The position numbers and the translations under genes are program-made. The notes under the pieces were generated by a model, which saw only the letters and a list, made by a program, of their open reading frames with translations, was not told the origin of the DNA and searched no databases. A DNA stretch of 64,000 nucleotides from positions 1-64,000 of IMG/VR virus record IMGVR_UViG_3300026512_000003. One strand, 5' to 3'. Each line of letters begins with the position of its first letter. Positions within the stretch are counted from its first letter, which is position 1. The DNA is from a virus. Below, piece after piece: positions 18,376-27,920 of the stretch.

Positions 18376-18960
18376 ATGGGGTTATATAAAAAAGAGGTTT
18401 TAATTAGACCAACTTCCACAGTTACGGTATCTGGTGCTTATGATTGGACTAGAAACTGGCTACAAGACTTTCAAGATAAAAGCGAAAACAAAGATAGTAA
18501 CGGAAATTATATTGACTATTATTTTGCAGACATCTTCGATTCAAGAACATCTAATATTTATAGGATATATTCTAATCCATGTGAGGATAAATATGACTTA
18601 ACAGAGCTACGCTTTACAATACTGGATACAAGTAGATTTGTTGACAGAAGTGAGATTTCTGATAATCCTGATATTACACAAGATACAGATAAACTTGCGA
18701 CGAGAGAAGCTATAGGTTCAATCGTTAGCAACGAAGTAGCTAATCTGTACGAGATTGTCAACGAAGTTGGGACTATTTCTAATAAGAAAATGGCACTTAC
18801 TAGAGAACCAGCTGGTGAAATTATTTCTGGAACATGTGAAATTCATTTAGGAGATGATGTGTACGATAGAGTGTCATGCATACATCAGGATGGAGAGCTT
18901 GTTATTAATGAAGACAGTTATGAGGGGAAAGAGTGCATAGTGTCATTCTTAGCAAAATAG
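18376..18960 (+). CDS. Hypothetical acidic protein (possibly structural)
   Basis: AAGGAG RBS; DKLATREAI motif resembles tail-fibre joints. Confidence 0.7.
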   Translation: MGLYKKEVLIRPTSTVTVSGAYDWTRNWLQDFQDKSENKDSNGNYIDYYFADIFDSRTSNIYRIYSNPCEDKYDLTELRFTILDTSRFVDRSEISDNPDITQDTDKLATREAIGSIVSNEVANLYEIVNEVGTISNKKMALTREPAGEIISGTCEIHLGDDVYDRVSCIHQDGELVINEDSYEGKECIVSFLAK

Positions 18961-18970
18961 AAGTTGATTT

Positions 18971-18979
18971 TGGTATAAT
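18971..18979 (+). promoter_or_regulatory. Extended -10 promoter (TGGTATAAT)
   Basis: 30 nt before ATG 19010; heads the unit that includes the RNAP gene. Confidence 0.7.
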
Positions 18980-19009
18980 ACAACATATATTTTTAGAAAA
19001 GGTAGAAAA

Positions 19010-19282
19010 ATGAATGCATTCCATAAAGAAGCAAATTTGTTTCTAAATTTAGGGAAAAGGTTTACAGGTCTTGGGAATTCAATAGCAAATAAGGGCTACA
19101 AAGAAACAGCTAAGCACGGTTTTGAAACAATGAAAAATGATTTTAAAACAATGAAAGGGGTTGATTTTGCAAAAGCACATGCTGGAAAACTAGGTCTTGG
19201 AGGTGCTGGAGTTGTAGGCACGGCAGCAATGCTGGGCTCTGGGGGTAATAATAAACAGATGACAAGACCACGCCAATACTAG
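19010..19282 (+). CDS. Small basic Cys-free protein with Gly-rich hydrophobic segment
   Basis: MNAFHKEA N-terminus; KLGLGGAGVVGTAAMLGSG. Confidence 0.7.
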   Translation: MNAFHKEANLFLNLGKRFTGLGNSIANKGYKETAKHGFETMKNDFKTMKGVDFAKAHAGKLGLGGAGVVGTAAMLGSGGNNKQMTRPRQY

Positions 19283-19291
19283 GAAGCAATT

Positions 19292-19732
19292 ATGATACCT
19301 TCAGATAAAGTTAGAGCATACATTAGAGATAGGGCAGAATTAAATGTTTTGCTTGACAATAAAGAACAATATGATGATGATGAAATAGGAATGTTTAATG
19401 AGGATGTTCTTGAAGAACTCCTTATTCAATTTCCAGCTTTAAAAGCACAGAAGAATCGCATACCTGATCAGGTTGTATTGTATGGAATTATTTCTAAGTT
19501 ATTTGAAATGGTGGCTCAACAAGAACATAGAAACCAAATGGTTGTTGGTGATGATAATGTAGGGCAAATAGATTATTCAAACAAAGCAGACAAATATTTA
19601 AACTTTGCTCAGATATATGAAAATAAAAAAAATTCTCTGGCTCAAACATTTACAGCGAGTTCTTTCTATAGAGACACATGGGGAGATGTAACAATGGGTT
19701 CTAGTGATTTTGAATTTTATGCAGGTGTGTAA
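19292..19732 (+). CDS. Putative head-tail adaptor (neck) protein
   Basis: Helical 146-aa protein; VRAYIRD...YDDDEI...IDYS, like SPP1 gp15-type adaptors. Confidence 0.5.
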   Translation: MIPSDKVRAYIRDRAELNVLLDNKEQYDDDEIGMFNEDVLEELLIQFPALKAQKNRIPDQVVLYGIISKLFEMVAQQEHRNQMVVGDDNVGQIDYSNKADKYLNFAQIYENKKNSLAQTFTASSFYRDTWGDVTMGSSDFEFYAGV

Positions 19733-20271
19733 TGTCTATTATTAGAGAATCCCTTCAAGTTAATCCAATTAATGCTCAAGTTGTAAGTATAACAGGGAAG
19801 ATAAAAGTATATAATTTTGGTTGGATGTCAAATAGAGTTGTTGTTGCTACTGAAGAATCCGAAACAGACTTAGAAGGGATATTGACTGAGACTAGTCATA
19901 CTTTTATCCAAGGTAAAGTAGGACAAATTCATGAACAGAGTTCGGTAAAAGCATTGGATCCAACATTGCTTCAAGTTCCAGATGATGGTGGGGTAAAAGT
20001 GGGTGGAGATGACGAAACATCAAAAGTGTCAGTTCAAAGTTTCTTTAAAAAAGGACATAAATTTGGCTGTAGAGTTCAGAATTTTATGGGTAGAAAACCA
20101 AGCATTAGACCTACTTTTGTTAGACCTTATACAATAAATGAAGGAAAAGAGTATTATGATGCACAAGGTTCGGCTACTTTTGATCCGAAGTATACAAATT
20201 TTTCATTGCCTGCAGGGTTTGAGCAAACATCTGCTGTAGGTATAAAAACAACAACCATAATAGAGGGATAG
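19732..20271 (+). CDS. Hypothetical virion protein
   Basis: TAATG coupling to the adaptor gene. Confidence 0.65.
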   Translation: MSIIRESLQVNPINAQVVSITGKIKVYNFGWMSNRVVVATEESETDLEGILTETSHTFIQGKVGQIHEQSSVKALDPTLLQVPDDGGVKVGGDDETSKVSVQSFFKKGHKFGCRVQNFMGRKPSIRPTFVRPYTINEGKEYYDAQGSATFDPKYTNFSLPAGFEQTSAVGIKTTTIIEG

Positions 20272-20277
20272 GTAAAA

Positions 20278-23200
20278 ATGACTAAGTTAGACAGAACTCC
20301 TGATAAAATGAATGAAGCATTAAAAGACACAGTACTTAATACTTATGAAGGTAGAGAAGTAAAGGGAAAACATAAGACTCTTGTCTATAGTAATGTTCAC
20401 GCTACACCTACAGATAATGGTTATTCTTCAACAAAAAAAGCAGTAGACACAAAAGCCACTCTTTCTCAAAAATTTAAAGCTGATCTAACATTAAAAAGTT
20501 CTCTAGATGGACGAGTTCTCGAACATAAAAAAGGTGTGTTTATTGGTGATATTCCTATTTATTCTAAGAAAGGTGGTTTTGTAGTAGATGGGAACACCTA
20601 TAATATTCCTACCCAAATACGATTAAAACCATCAGCGTATACATCAGAAAAAGCCAATGGTGATGTAGAAACAATGATGAATTTAAAGAACGGGAAGGGA
20701 ATGAAACTTATTTCCCCTCAAGATAAAAATAAAATTGAATTAAAAATAGGGACTAAACAGTTTAATCCACTTGATGTTGCATATGCAATGGGAGCTAATG
20801 AAAAAGAAGCAAAGAAAGTTTTAGGTGACAAAGTTTTTGGTTTGTTACAATCAACATCTTCTCCTCATGAGTCAACTTTAAAATTAGCAACAGCATTAGG
20901 TATTTCTGAGCCAAACAACAATACTCCAATAAGCGAAGTAAAGGCTCAAATTAAAGATTACTTTCAAAAAACACAAATAGATCCACAAGCAACAAAAGAA
21001 ACTCTTGGTATGCCATTTTCTTCAATGAATCATTTAGCAATGCTTCGTTCTATTAAGAAAAATATAGGTGTGAAAACGGGGTATGAAAAACAGGACGATA
21101 AAGAAAATCTAATGTTTAAGAATATTATATCTCCAGAAAAATTAATTGGTGAGGGAGTTAATAAAAGACTAGCTCAGAGTGAAGCCAAAATGAAAAGTGG
21201 ACTCAATAATGCTTTTGCAAAAAATACAATAGGTGAAATAGTTACTGAACCTACTTTGAAAAAAGCAGCAAAGAGTTTTCTTACCACTAGTGCCATTTCA
21301 AGAATGCCTGAGGAATACAATCCTCTTCAAATGCTTCAAGGTAGTAATGATGTCACACCTTTGGGTGAAGGTGGAATTAGCGATACAAGAATGATTAATC
21401 AGAATGTAAGATCTTTACATATGTCTCAGTTGGGTTTTATAGATCCAATAAAGTCTCCAGAAGGTGCAAATACTGGAGTTACTTTAAGTCTAACACATGG
21501 TGCTCATGTTGATAGTCATGGAAATGCTGCAATTGAAGTTATAAATAACAAAACAGGAAAAAAAGAGATAAAAACTGTAGGAGATCTTTGGAATAAAAAA
21601 ATAGCTTTTCCTGATGTAAAAAAAGATGGATCAGTAGGAATGAGACATAAAGATAAAATTATTGTTGGCAACATAAGAAATGCTGACTATACTCTTGCTC
21701 ACTCCGAAAAGACATTTGGACCTGCTATGAATTCTTTAGGGGTTATAAGTTCAAACGATCCAACGAGAAATCTTATGGCATCGAAACACTCAACTCAAGC
21801 GTTGCCTTTAGTAAATGGGGATTATACTTCTGTGTCATTAGAGGGCGAAAACGGAAAAAGTATGTCTGAAAATCTTGCAAAAAGGCATTTACCACTTGCT
21901 GATATAAACGGTAAAATAACAAATGTAGATTCTAAGAATGGGTTTATTCATATTTCAAACGAAAATGGTGAACATAGCAAGATAGAGTATGCTAAAGATA
22001 AGATTCAATTAAACACGAAAACATACCTTCAACACACTCCTGTTGTAAAAGTTGGTGATACTGTAAAAAAAGGACAACATCTTGCAGATTCTAACTTTAC
22101 AAAAGATGGAAAGCTTGCTCTTGGTAAAAATTTAAGAACATCATGGATGGTGTATCCTGGAACAAGAAATGATGCTTTTATTTTATCAGAAAGTGGGGCA
22201 AAAAAACTTACTTCAGTACATTCTAAAAAATTTGATATTTCGACAAAAGAAGGCACTATTTATGATAAGAAAAAATTTGCAGCTCTTTTTCCAGAAGTAG
22301 CTCAAAAGATAGATATTCATAAATATGATGACAAAGGTTTGTTAAAAAAAGGAATGACTGTGTCTAAGGATGAACCAATATCCTTAGGCTTTAGAAAGAT
22401 GGATAGTGAGGAAGTAAAATTTGCCAATGATAAAGTAAAAAAGCTTATGTATGGCGGAATGGCCCCTGTTATCCAGAGATGGAAGGGTGACGATGTTGGA
22501 ACAATAAAAGAGATTGTTACAAAAGGGGCAAATACTAGAGTTGTATCGGAATATACTTCACCTATGAAGGTTGGTGACAAGCTAGCGGGAAGAAGTGGGA
22601 ATAAGGGTATTGTTTCGGCTATTCTTCCAGAAAAAGATATGCCTCGCGATGAAGAGGGAAATCATATAGAACTTCTCATGGGTGGAGCAGGAGTTACTTC
22701 GAGACAGAATCCGGCACAAATAATAGAGGCTTCGCTTACGGAAACAGCATTGAAAACAGGGAAAAACTATGTGTTACCTCATAACCCTGATGTGGATATG
22801 GATGTTTTTGCTAAACAGGAGGCAAAGAAAAATAATGTAAAATTGTATCATAAAATGTATGATCCACTTAGAAAAAAACATCTAGGGAAAGATGTATTTG
22901 TTGCAAATTACAATGTAATGAAATTATTTAAACAAGGTGATGCAACATATTCTGCAATTGGTCATGGTGGAGTTGGGGCAGATAATCAACCAAAAAAAGG
23001 TGGAAAAGAATCTCCTTCTACAATCTCAAACATGGAAATATCAGCACTGTTAGCACATGATGCAAAAGATTTCTTGAAAGAATCTTATAGTATTAGATCT
23101 CAGCACAATAAAGACTGGTTTAGAGCTTTTGAAGCGGGAGAGTCATTACCAGCTCCTGAATTAAAAACAGGAAAAGAGAATTTTCATAAAATGCTGTCTC

Positions 23201-24513
23201 AACTAAGAGTAAAGACTGTTAGTGATAAAAATCATATGCATTTATTGCCTATGACAGATAGAGATGTAACAAAAGTAAGTACAGGTGCTGTAACTGAGCC
23301 TTATGGGCTTAAGAGGAATACTATGACACCTGTGAAGGGTGGTTTTTATGATACTAAACTATTTGGTGGTACAGGAACGGGTGTTGCTCATATAGACCTT
23401 GGGACAAAAGTGGTCAACCCTTTGTATAAAGGTACTGTTGCTTCTCTATTAGGCACATCTGAAAAAAATTTAGATGCTAGAATTTCTAACGAGGGAGTAA
23501 ATGGAATTTATTCAGAAGTTGGAAACATAAAACCAAAAAACAAGATTAAAGAACTAAAATCAGAAATTTCAAGAACAAAAGATAATGGAAAAATAAATAG
23601 ATTGTTTAGCACTATCAAAGCAATAAGAAAAACAGATGAAAATACAAAAGATATAAGAGATGCTATGTTTATGTCCAAGGTTCCTGTACTTTCTACAGCA
23701 CTTAGACCTGTGCAGAAATTACCTTCAGGAAGCATTGTAGAACATGATATAAATATGCATTATGCAAATATAATTAGAAGTAGTAATATTCTAAAGGAGG
23801 CTAAGAAAGAAAAAGCACCAATTCATATTCAGAATCACCTTCAAGATGAGCTTCAAAAACATGTTGGTGCAATGTATGGAACAAATGAAAGCCCTGACCC
23901 AAAAATGAAAGATAAAGATGTAAAAAGTGTTATGAATATTTTAGCAGGTGATAACCCAAAAACTTCATACTGGCATCAAAAAGTAATGAGACAACAAGTG
24001 TTTGGTTCTGGTAGAGCAGTAATCCTTCCAAAAATAAAATCACTAGGAATGGATGAAATAGAGATTCCAAAATATGTAGCTTGGAAAATGTTTGAACCTC
24101 ATGTGACAAGAAAAATGTCTCAAATGGGTATTGACTCTAATACATCAAAAGATATGATAGAGAAAAAGAGTGATACAGCTAACGCTGTGTTACATCAAGT
24201 GATGAAAGAGGTTCCTGTTGTGATAAATAGAGCTCCTTCTCTTCACAAGCATAATATGACAGGACACTATGCGAAAATAAGTGCAGGTAATGCTATGCAT
24301 ATATCTCCTATTATCGAAAATGCTCAAAATGCAGACTACGATGGGGATCAAATGGGTATTCATATTCCTTTTACCCATGCAGCAATAAAAGATGTAAAAG
24401 ATAAGCTTATGGCATCAAAACAAATAATGACGAATTCAAATAAAAATAAAGTTATAATGGGGATAGATTTGGACCCGTTTATAGGATTTTATGAAGGTAG
24501 TAGAAAGAAGTAG
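20278..24513 (+). CDS. Phage DNA-directed RNA polymerase, beta subunit fused to the N-terminal half of beta'
   Basis: beta motifs LGEGG, GFIDPIKSPEGANTG, NDPTRNLMASKHSTQALPL, GKLALGKNL, VGDKLAGRSGNKG, SRQNPAQ, QPKKGG..MEISAL; beta' motifs GFYDTKLFG, AHIDL, VPVL...RP, SGRAVI, INRAPSLH, NADYDGDQM (24328-24348). Confidence 0.95.
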   Translation: MTKLDRTPDKMNEALKDTVLNTYEGREVKGKHKTLVYSNVHATPTDNGYSSTKKAVDTKATLSQKFKADLTLKSSLDGRVLEHKKGVFIGDIPIYSKKGGFVVDGNTYNIPTQIRLKPSAYTSEKANGDVETMMNLKNGKGMKLISPQDKNKIELKIGTKQFNPLDVAYAMGANEKEAKKVLGDKVFGLLQSTSSPHESTLKLATALGISEPNNNTPISEVKAQIKDYFQKTQIDPQATKETLGMPFSSMNHLAMLRSIKKNIGVKTGYEKQDDKENLMFKNIISPEKLIGEGVNKRLAQSEAKMKSGLNNAFAKNTIGEIVTEPTLKKAAKSFLTTSAISRMPEEYNPLQMLQGSNDVTPLGEGGISDTRMINQNVRSLHMSQLGFIDPIKSPEGANTGVTLSLTHGAHVDSHGNAAIEVINNKTGKKEIKTVGDLWNKKIAFPDVKKDGSVGMRHKDKIIVGNIRNADYTLAHSEKTFGPAMNSLGVISSNDPTRNLMASKHSTQALPLVNGDYTSVSLEGENGKSMSENLAKRHLPLADINGKITNVDSKNGFIHISNENGEHSKIEYAKDKIQLNTKTYLQHTPVVKVGDTVKKGQHLADSNFTKDGKLALGKNLRTSWMVYPGTRNDAFILSESGAKKLTSVHSKKFDISTKEGTIYDKKKFAALFPEVAQKIDIHKYDDKGLLKKGMTVSKDEPISLGFRKMDSEEVKFANDKVKKLMYGGMAPVIQRWKGDDVGTIKEIVTKGANTRVVSEYTSPMKVGDKLAGRSGNKGIVSAILPEKDMPRDEEGNHIELLMGGAGVTSRQNPAQIIEASLTETALKTGKNYVLPHNPDVDMDVFAKQEAKKNNVKLYHKMYDPLRKKHLGKDVFVANYNVMKLFKQGDATYSAIGHGGVGADNQPKKGGKESPSTISNMEISALLAHDAKDFLKESYSIRSQHNKDWFRAFEAGESLPAPELKTGKENFHKMLSQLRVKTVSDKNHMHLLPMTDRDVTKVSTGAVTEPYGLKRNTMTPVKGGFYDTKLFGGTGTGVAHIDLGTKVVNPLYKGTVASLLGTSEKNLDARISNEGVNGIYSEVGNIKPKNKIKELKSEISRTKDNGKINRLFSTIKAIRKTDENTKDIRDAMFMSKVPVLSTALRPVQKLPSGSIVEHDINMHYANIIRSSNILKEAKKEKAPIHIQNHLQDELQKHVGAMYGTNESPDPKMKDKDVKSVMNILAGDNPKTSYWHQKVMRQQVFGSGRAVILPKIKSLGMDEIEIPKYVAWKMFEPHVTRKMSQMGIDSNTSKDMIEKKSDTANAVLHQVMKEVPVVINRAPSLHKHNMTGHYAKISAGNAMHISPIIENAQNADYDGDQMGIHIPFTHAAIKDVKDKLMASKQIMTNSNKNKVIMGIDLDPFIGFYEGSRKK

Positions 24514-24550
24514 AATTATAAAACATAGTTTTTGTTCTTTTGGAAAACTA

Positions 24551-24559
24551 AGGTATAAT
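24551..24559 (+). promoter_or_regulatory. -10 promoter (aGGTATAAT) heading the large orphan-ORF operon
   Basis: Phased T-tracts upstream; AGGAG RBS and TTG start downstream. Confidence 0.6.
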
Positions 24560-24591
24560 TACATAACATAGAAAAAGATGAGGAGTGAGGT

Positions 24592-26343
24592 TTGAAAGTA
24601 ATCGTAGGTGAGTTAGATTTTAGTAAACTAGGGGAAACATTTGAAATAGAAAATCAAGGATGTGGGGATTACAATTGCAAATTTGAGTTATGGACAGCTA
24701 ATGAGATAGAAGTTTTAGAAAAGATTCCATTGGAGATAAAGGAAGGTGGATTCCAGGTTCCTATAAGTACATGGAAAGAAGCTTCAATAAACCCTACAGA
24801 AATAGTGATTTTTTTCCGTAAAGAATGGAGATTAGAGGCATGTAAAAGAGTTATTCTTGACAGTAACCCTGTGCAATCTGTAGGCAAGTTAGTAGTAATT
24901 AGGCCAGATGCTAATAAAGTAGAGGAATTGTTTACACAACACAAGACTACACTTGATGTTATTGTAAATAAACCATTTAGGTTGCCTCTCAGGATTAAAG
25001 ACTTTAATGAATGTTCAGAAGAAGAATGTGCTCTTGAAATAAATATAGGATGGGTTACTTATAAAGGGCAAAGTCTAAATCCATTTTTAGCAGGCTGTTC
25101 ATATTCTCTCTCTCTTGATGGTGGTCAACATTGGCAAGAAAGTCTTGACCTTCTTTTTTATGAAACAGGTAGTAAGGAAATTAAATTTATGATAGAAACA
25201 GGTGATCTTGGAATAAATGACGAAGCAGAAGTATCTTTTCAAATAAATGTAATAGAAGACCCCGAAGCAACAGAAACAGAAGATCTTGTAGATGTCGTTA
25301 CTCAAATGCCAAAAGCTTACTTTGTGGTTCAAGATAGAGGGGTGAGAAATGGAAATTTAACTTTAAATGTTTTTCACACTAGCAAATACCAAATTTCTAC
25401 AATTGAAATATCTTTAGATGATGAAGTTATATATCCTTCTCAAGAATTTAACTCTCCTTTAATAGAGATTGGAGTGGGAAGTTCAGATTTAACCGAAAGA
25501 ACACTTAAATTAAGTACCACAGGAGTTAGTGAAGGGGAGACAATTTCTGATACATACACGCAAGTAATTAAAAACTATACAACATTAGATGGGACAATTT
25601 CAACATCTCAAGATTCAGACACAGGAAAATATACAGCGTTACTTGAAGCAAGTATGCCAGATAAACTGACTAGTATTTTGTGGCAAATTGTGTATAGCTC
25701 TACAATAGTAGAAAAAGTAGTGAAATTAGAAGATAAGGATGAAAAAGCTCTTCTCCATGTTCTTTATCAAGAGTATTCAGAGCCGACAGAGACATCTATC
25801 GAATTTGATATATATAATCCAGGAAAGTATATGATAGAAGCCTATATGATTGATGAGACAGGTGAAATGTTTAAAGTATCAAGAGAATTATTTATTCCAG
25901 GTGAACGAGATGATGATGAAGAAATTAAAGTTGGCGATGATATTACAGTAGGATGCACAAGTGTACACGGTGAAGTTCCTATAATGAAAGTGTTTAGATT
26001 ATCACAAGATGGATATGAATTATTAGATAATTTTGCTATGGAAAAAGCTTTTGATAAAACTTATGTGGCTAACTTTACCGTAGAATACGAAAATAGTTTC
26101 TATATATTTCAAGCAGAAAGTAGTATTGTTGTTAAAAAAGTAGGTGAGCCTTCAGGATGTATTATTTCTTTTTCTAGAGATAAGACATCAGGAAGATCTA
26201 TCCCTTACAGATTAGAAAATTTTTCAGGTGATTTAATAGAAGAAGGAACATTAGACGATTCTACATTTGGAATATACTATAAAGTTATGGAAAACGCATC
26301 TGATGGCATTCTTACAGTGGGAAATACCAGAAAGGTAGTGTAG
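24592..26343 (+). CDS. Acidic multi-Ig/PKD-like virion protein
   Basis: Beta-rich; FYETGSKEIKF and IYNPGKYMIEAY resemble PKD/Ig strands. Confidence 0.6.
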   Translation: MKVIVGELDFSKLGETFEIENQGCGDYNCKFELWTANEIEVLEKIPLEIKEGGFQVPISTWKEASINPTEIVIFFRKEWRLEACKRVILDSNPVQSVGKLVVIRPDANKVEELFTQHKTTLDVIVNKPFRLPLRIKDFNECSEEECALEINIGWVTYKGQSLNPFLAGCSYSLSLDGGQHWQESLDLLFYETGSKEIKFMIETGDLGINDEAEVSFQINVIEDPEATETEDLVDVVTQMPKAYFVVQDRGVRNGNLTLNVFHTSKYQISTIEISLDDEVIYPSQEFNSPLIEIGVGSSDLTERTLKLSTTGVSEGETISDTYTQVIKNYTTLDGTISTSQDSDTGKYTALLEASMPDKLTSILWQIVYSSTIVEKVVKLEDKDEKALLHVLYQEYSEPTETSIEFDIYNPGKYMIEAYMIDETGEMFKVSRELFIPGERDDDEEIKVGDDITVGCTSVHGEVPIMKVFRLSQDGYELLDNFAMEKAFDKTYVANFTVEYENSFYIFQAESSIVVKKVGEPSGCIISFSRDKTSGRSIPYRLENFSGDLIEEGTLDDSTFGIYYKVMENASDGILTVGNTRKVV

Positions 26344-26347
26344 TAGA

Positions 26348-26842
26348 ATGAGAACTTCTGTTAAACTAACTGGAAAATTTATTAGAGTTCATGCAGATGA
26401 GAAGCCTGATGTATTTAAGATTGATAGAACCACTCTTATTGAAAAGCCTGTATATGAATATACAAAAGGTTTTTCTTCTGAAGTAGGAGCTAGTGGATAC
26501 TATGCTGTGAGGCTTCGAGGGAGCTGGCAAATTGTAAAAGTTGGATATGTAAAAAAAAGGTATTTTATTGTACTTTTAAGAGGAGAAGTTCCACCAGAAG
26601 TGACTTCTGAAGAAGGAACGCCTGTTCTTATTCATATTGGGGAAGAAATCTATGAAATATTAGGAATGGAAAATGGCGGAATAGTTTTTATAAATAGTAA
26701 AGAAGTCTTGTTGCAACCAGATACTTCAATAGAAGGGTTTGTGGATGTAAGAGAAACTAACAAAGATAATGATTTTCTAGTTAAAAACAAGATTGTAACT
26801 ACAAAAATAAAGCAAAACCCAATTAAAGTTTCGGTAAAATGA
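26348..26842 (+). CDS. Hypothetical virion protein
   Basis: EVGASGYY motif resembles the C-terminal modules of the upstream ORF. Confidence 0.65.
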   Translation: MRTSVKLTGKFIRVHADEKPDVFKIDRTTLIEKPVYEYTKGFSSEVGASGYYAVRLRGSWQIVKVGYVKKRYFIVLLRGEVPPEVTSEEGTPVLIHIGEEIYEILGMENGGIVFINSKEVLLQPDTSIEGFVDVRETNKDNDFLVKNKIVTTKIKQNPIKVSVK

Positions 26843-26933
26843 GAAGAATTCAAAGAATAAAAGTAGTGGCTAAATCTATTTTTATACAAAAAATTGTTCA
26901 AAAGAGCAATAATATCATCATTAGGACAAAAAA

Positions 26934-27920
26934 ATGACAGTAGAAGAAGAGTTAATAGCGCTTAAGGGTAAGGTTGCTGCATTAATCAGTATTTTAACGG
27001 GGAAGCAAGAAAGTAGAGTTGATGGAGAGAAACTCCAAAGATTTATTGAAAATTATGCAATTCTTGAAGCAATGACAGGTGATAAAACCATTTCAGCTTT
27101 TGTGGAACAAATAGGGATTATTCAAGATAGATTTTCTCAGGTGTCAGGTAGAGTAGAGGGGTTGCTTGGGGCGACGGAAGTAGAAACGGCGAAGTTATTA
27201 GAAACACTTGGTGGAGACAAAAACGATATCGCTCTAAATGTGGCGAACTCTGTGCAATTCCAATTAACGGTTACCGACTCATATAAAAGTTTACTTACGC
27301 ATCTTAACAAACTAGATATTACTGGAAAAATACAACGAATGGAAGTTACTTTAAGCGAAGGTTTGGGGCTTATTAGAAGTATGAAAGGACAAGAACAGGA
27401 AATTGCAATTTTACTACAGAAGATAGCTATGAATAAAGAGCTGATTGATGGAATGGATGTTGTTAATACACAACAAACAACATTAATAGAACATACGGAA
27501 GATATGCTTGTGGAACTTGAAAGACAAATGGAAAACTATGCTTTCTATGCTGAAGAGTTTGATAAAGTGTATTCAACAGCAACAAAATTCATTGCACAAT
27601 TTTCGAGTATGAGTCTAGAGATGGAAAGAATAACAAAAAGAGATTCTAATTTAGAACATATACTATCTACAACATTGAAAACTGTTTTTGATGATTATAT
27701 TAAGATTCAAAATATCATAAATTCTTTCAATGAAGGATTGTCAAATTTTGGTTTAGAGACAGCAGAAAAGCTTAATGGAATTAATATCTATGTAAACGAA
27801 TACAAAGCAATATCAAATGCTATTGGAACCGTTTCTGAAAGATGTGATACCGCTAAAGCAAATATTGATAATTTAACTACTGAGCTTAATGATTTAGACT
27901 GCGAATATGTGAGAGCATAA
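26934..27920 (+). CDS. Long coiled-coil hypothetical protein
   Basis: Heptad-rich; I found no Pro in 328 aa. Confidence 0.75.
   Translation: MTVEEELIALKGKVAALISILTGKQESRVDGEKLQRFIENYAILEAMTGDKTISAFVEQIGIIQDRFSQVSGRVEGLLGATEVETAKLLETLGGDKNDIALNVANSVQFQLTVTDSYKSLLTHLNKLDITGKIQRMEVTLSEGLGLIRSMKGQEQEIAILLQKIAMNKELIDGMDVVNTQQTTLIEHTEDMLVELERQMENYAFYAEEFDKVYSTATKFIAQFSSMSLEMERITKRDSNLEHILSTTLKTVFDDYIKIQNIINSFNEGLSNFGLETAEKLNGINIYVNEYKAISNAIGTVSERCDTAKANIDNLTTELNDLDCEYVRA

Noticed and set aside
18212-18403. 63-aa ORF
   Set aside because: No RBS; it spans the promoter and start of the 18376 gene.
20278-24513. Host chromosomal rpoB/rpoBC
   Set aside because: No ribosomal-protein operon context, very divergent motifs, no beta'-C or Zn finger, and flanked by virion genes.
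26934-27920. Tape measure protein or chemoreceptor
   Set aside because: Short, with no TMP-type aromatic periodicity or TM segments and no MCP signalling hairpin motif.
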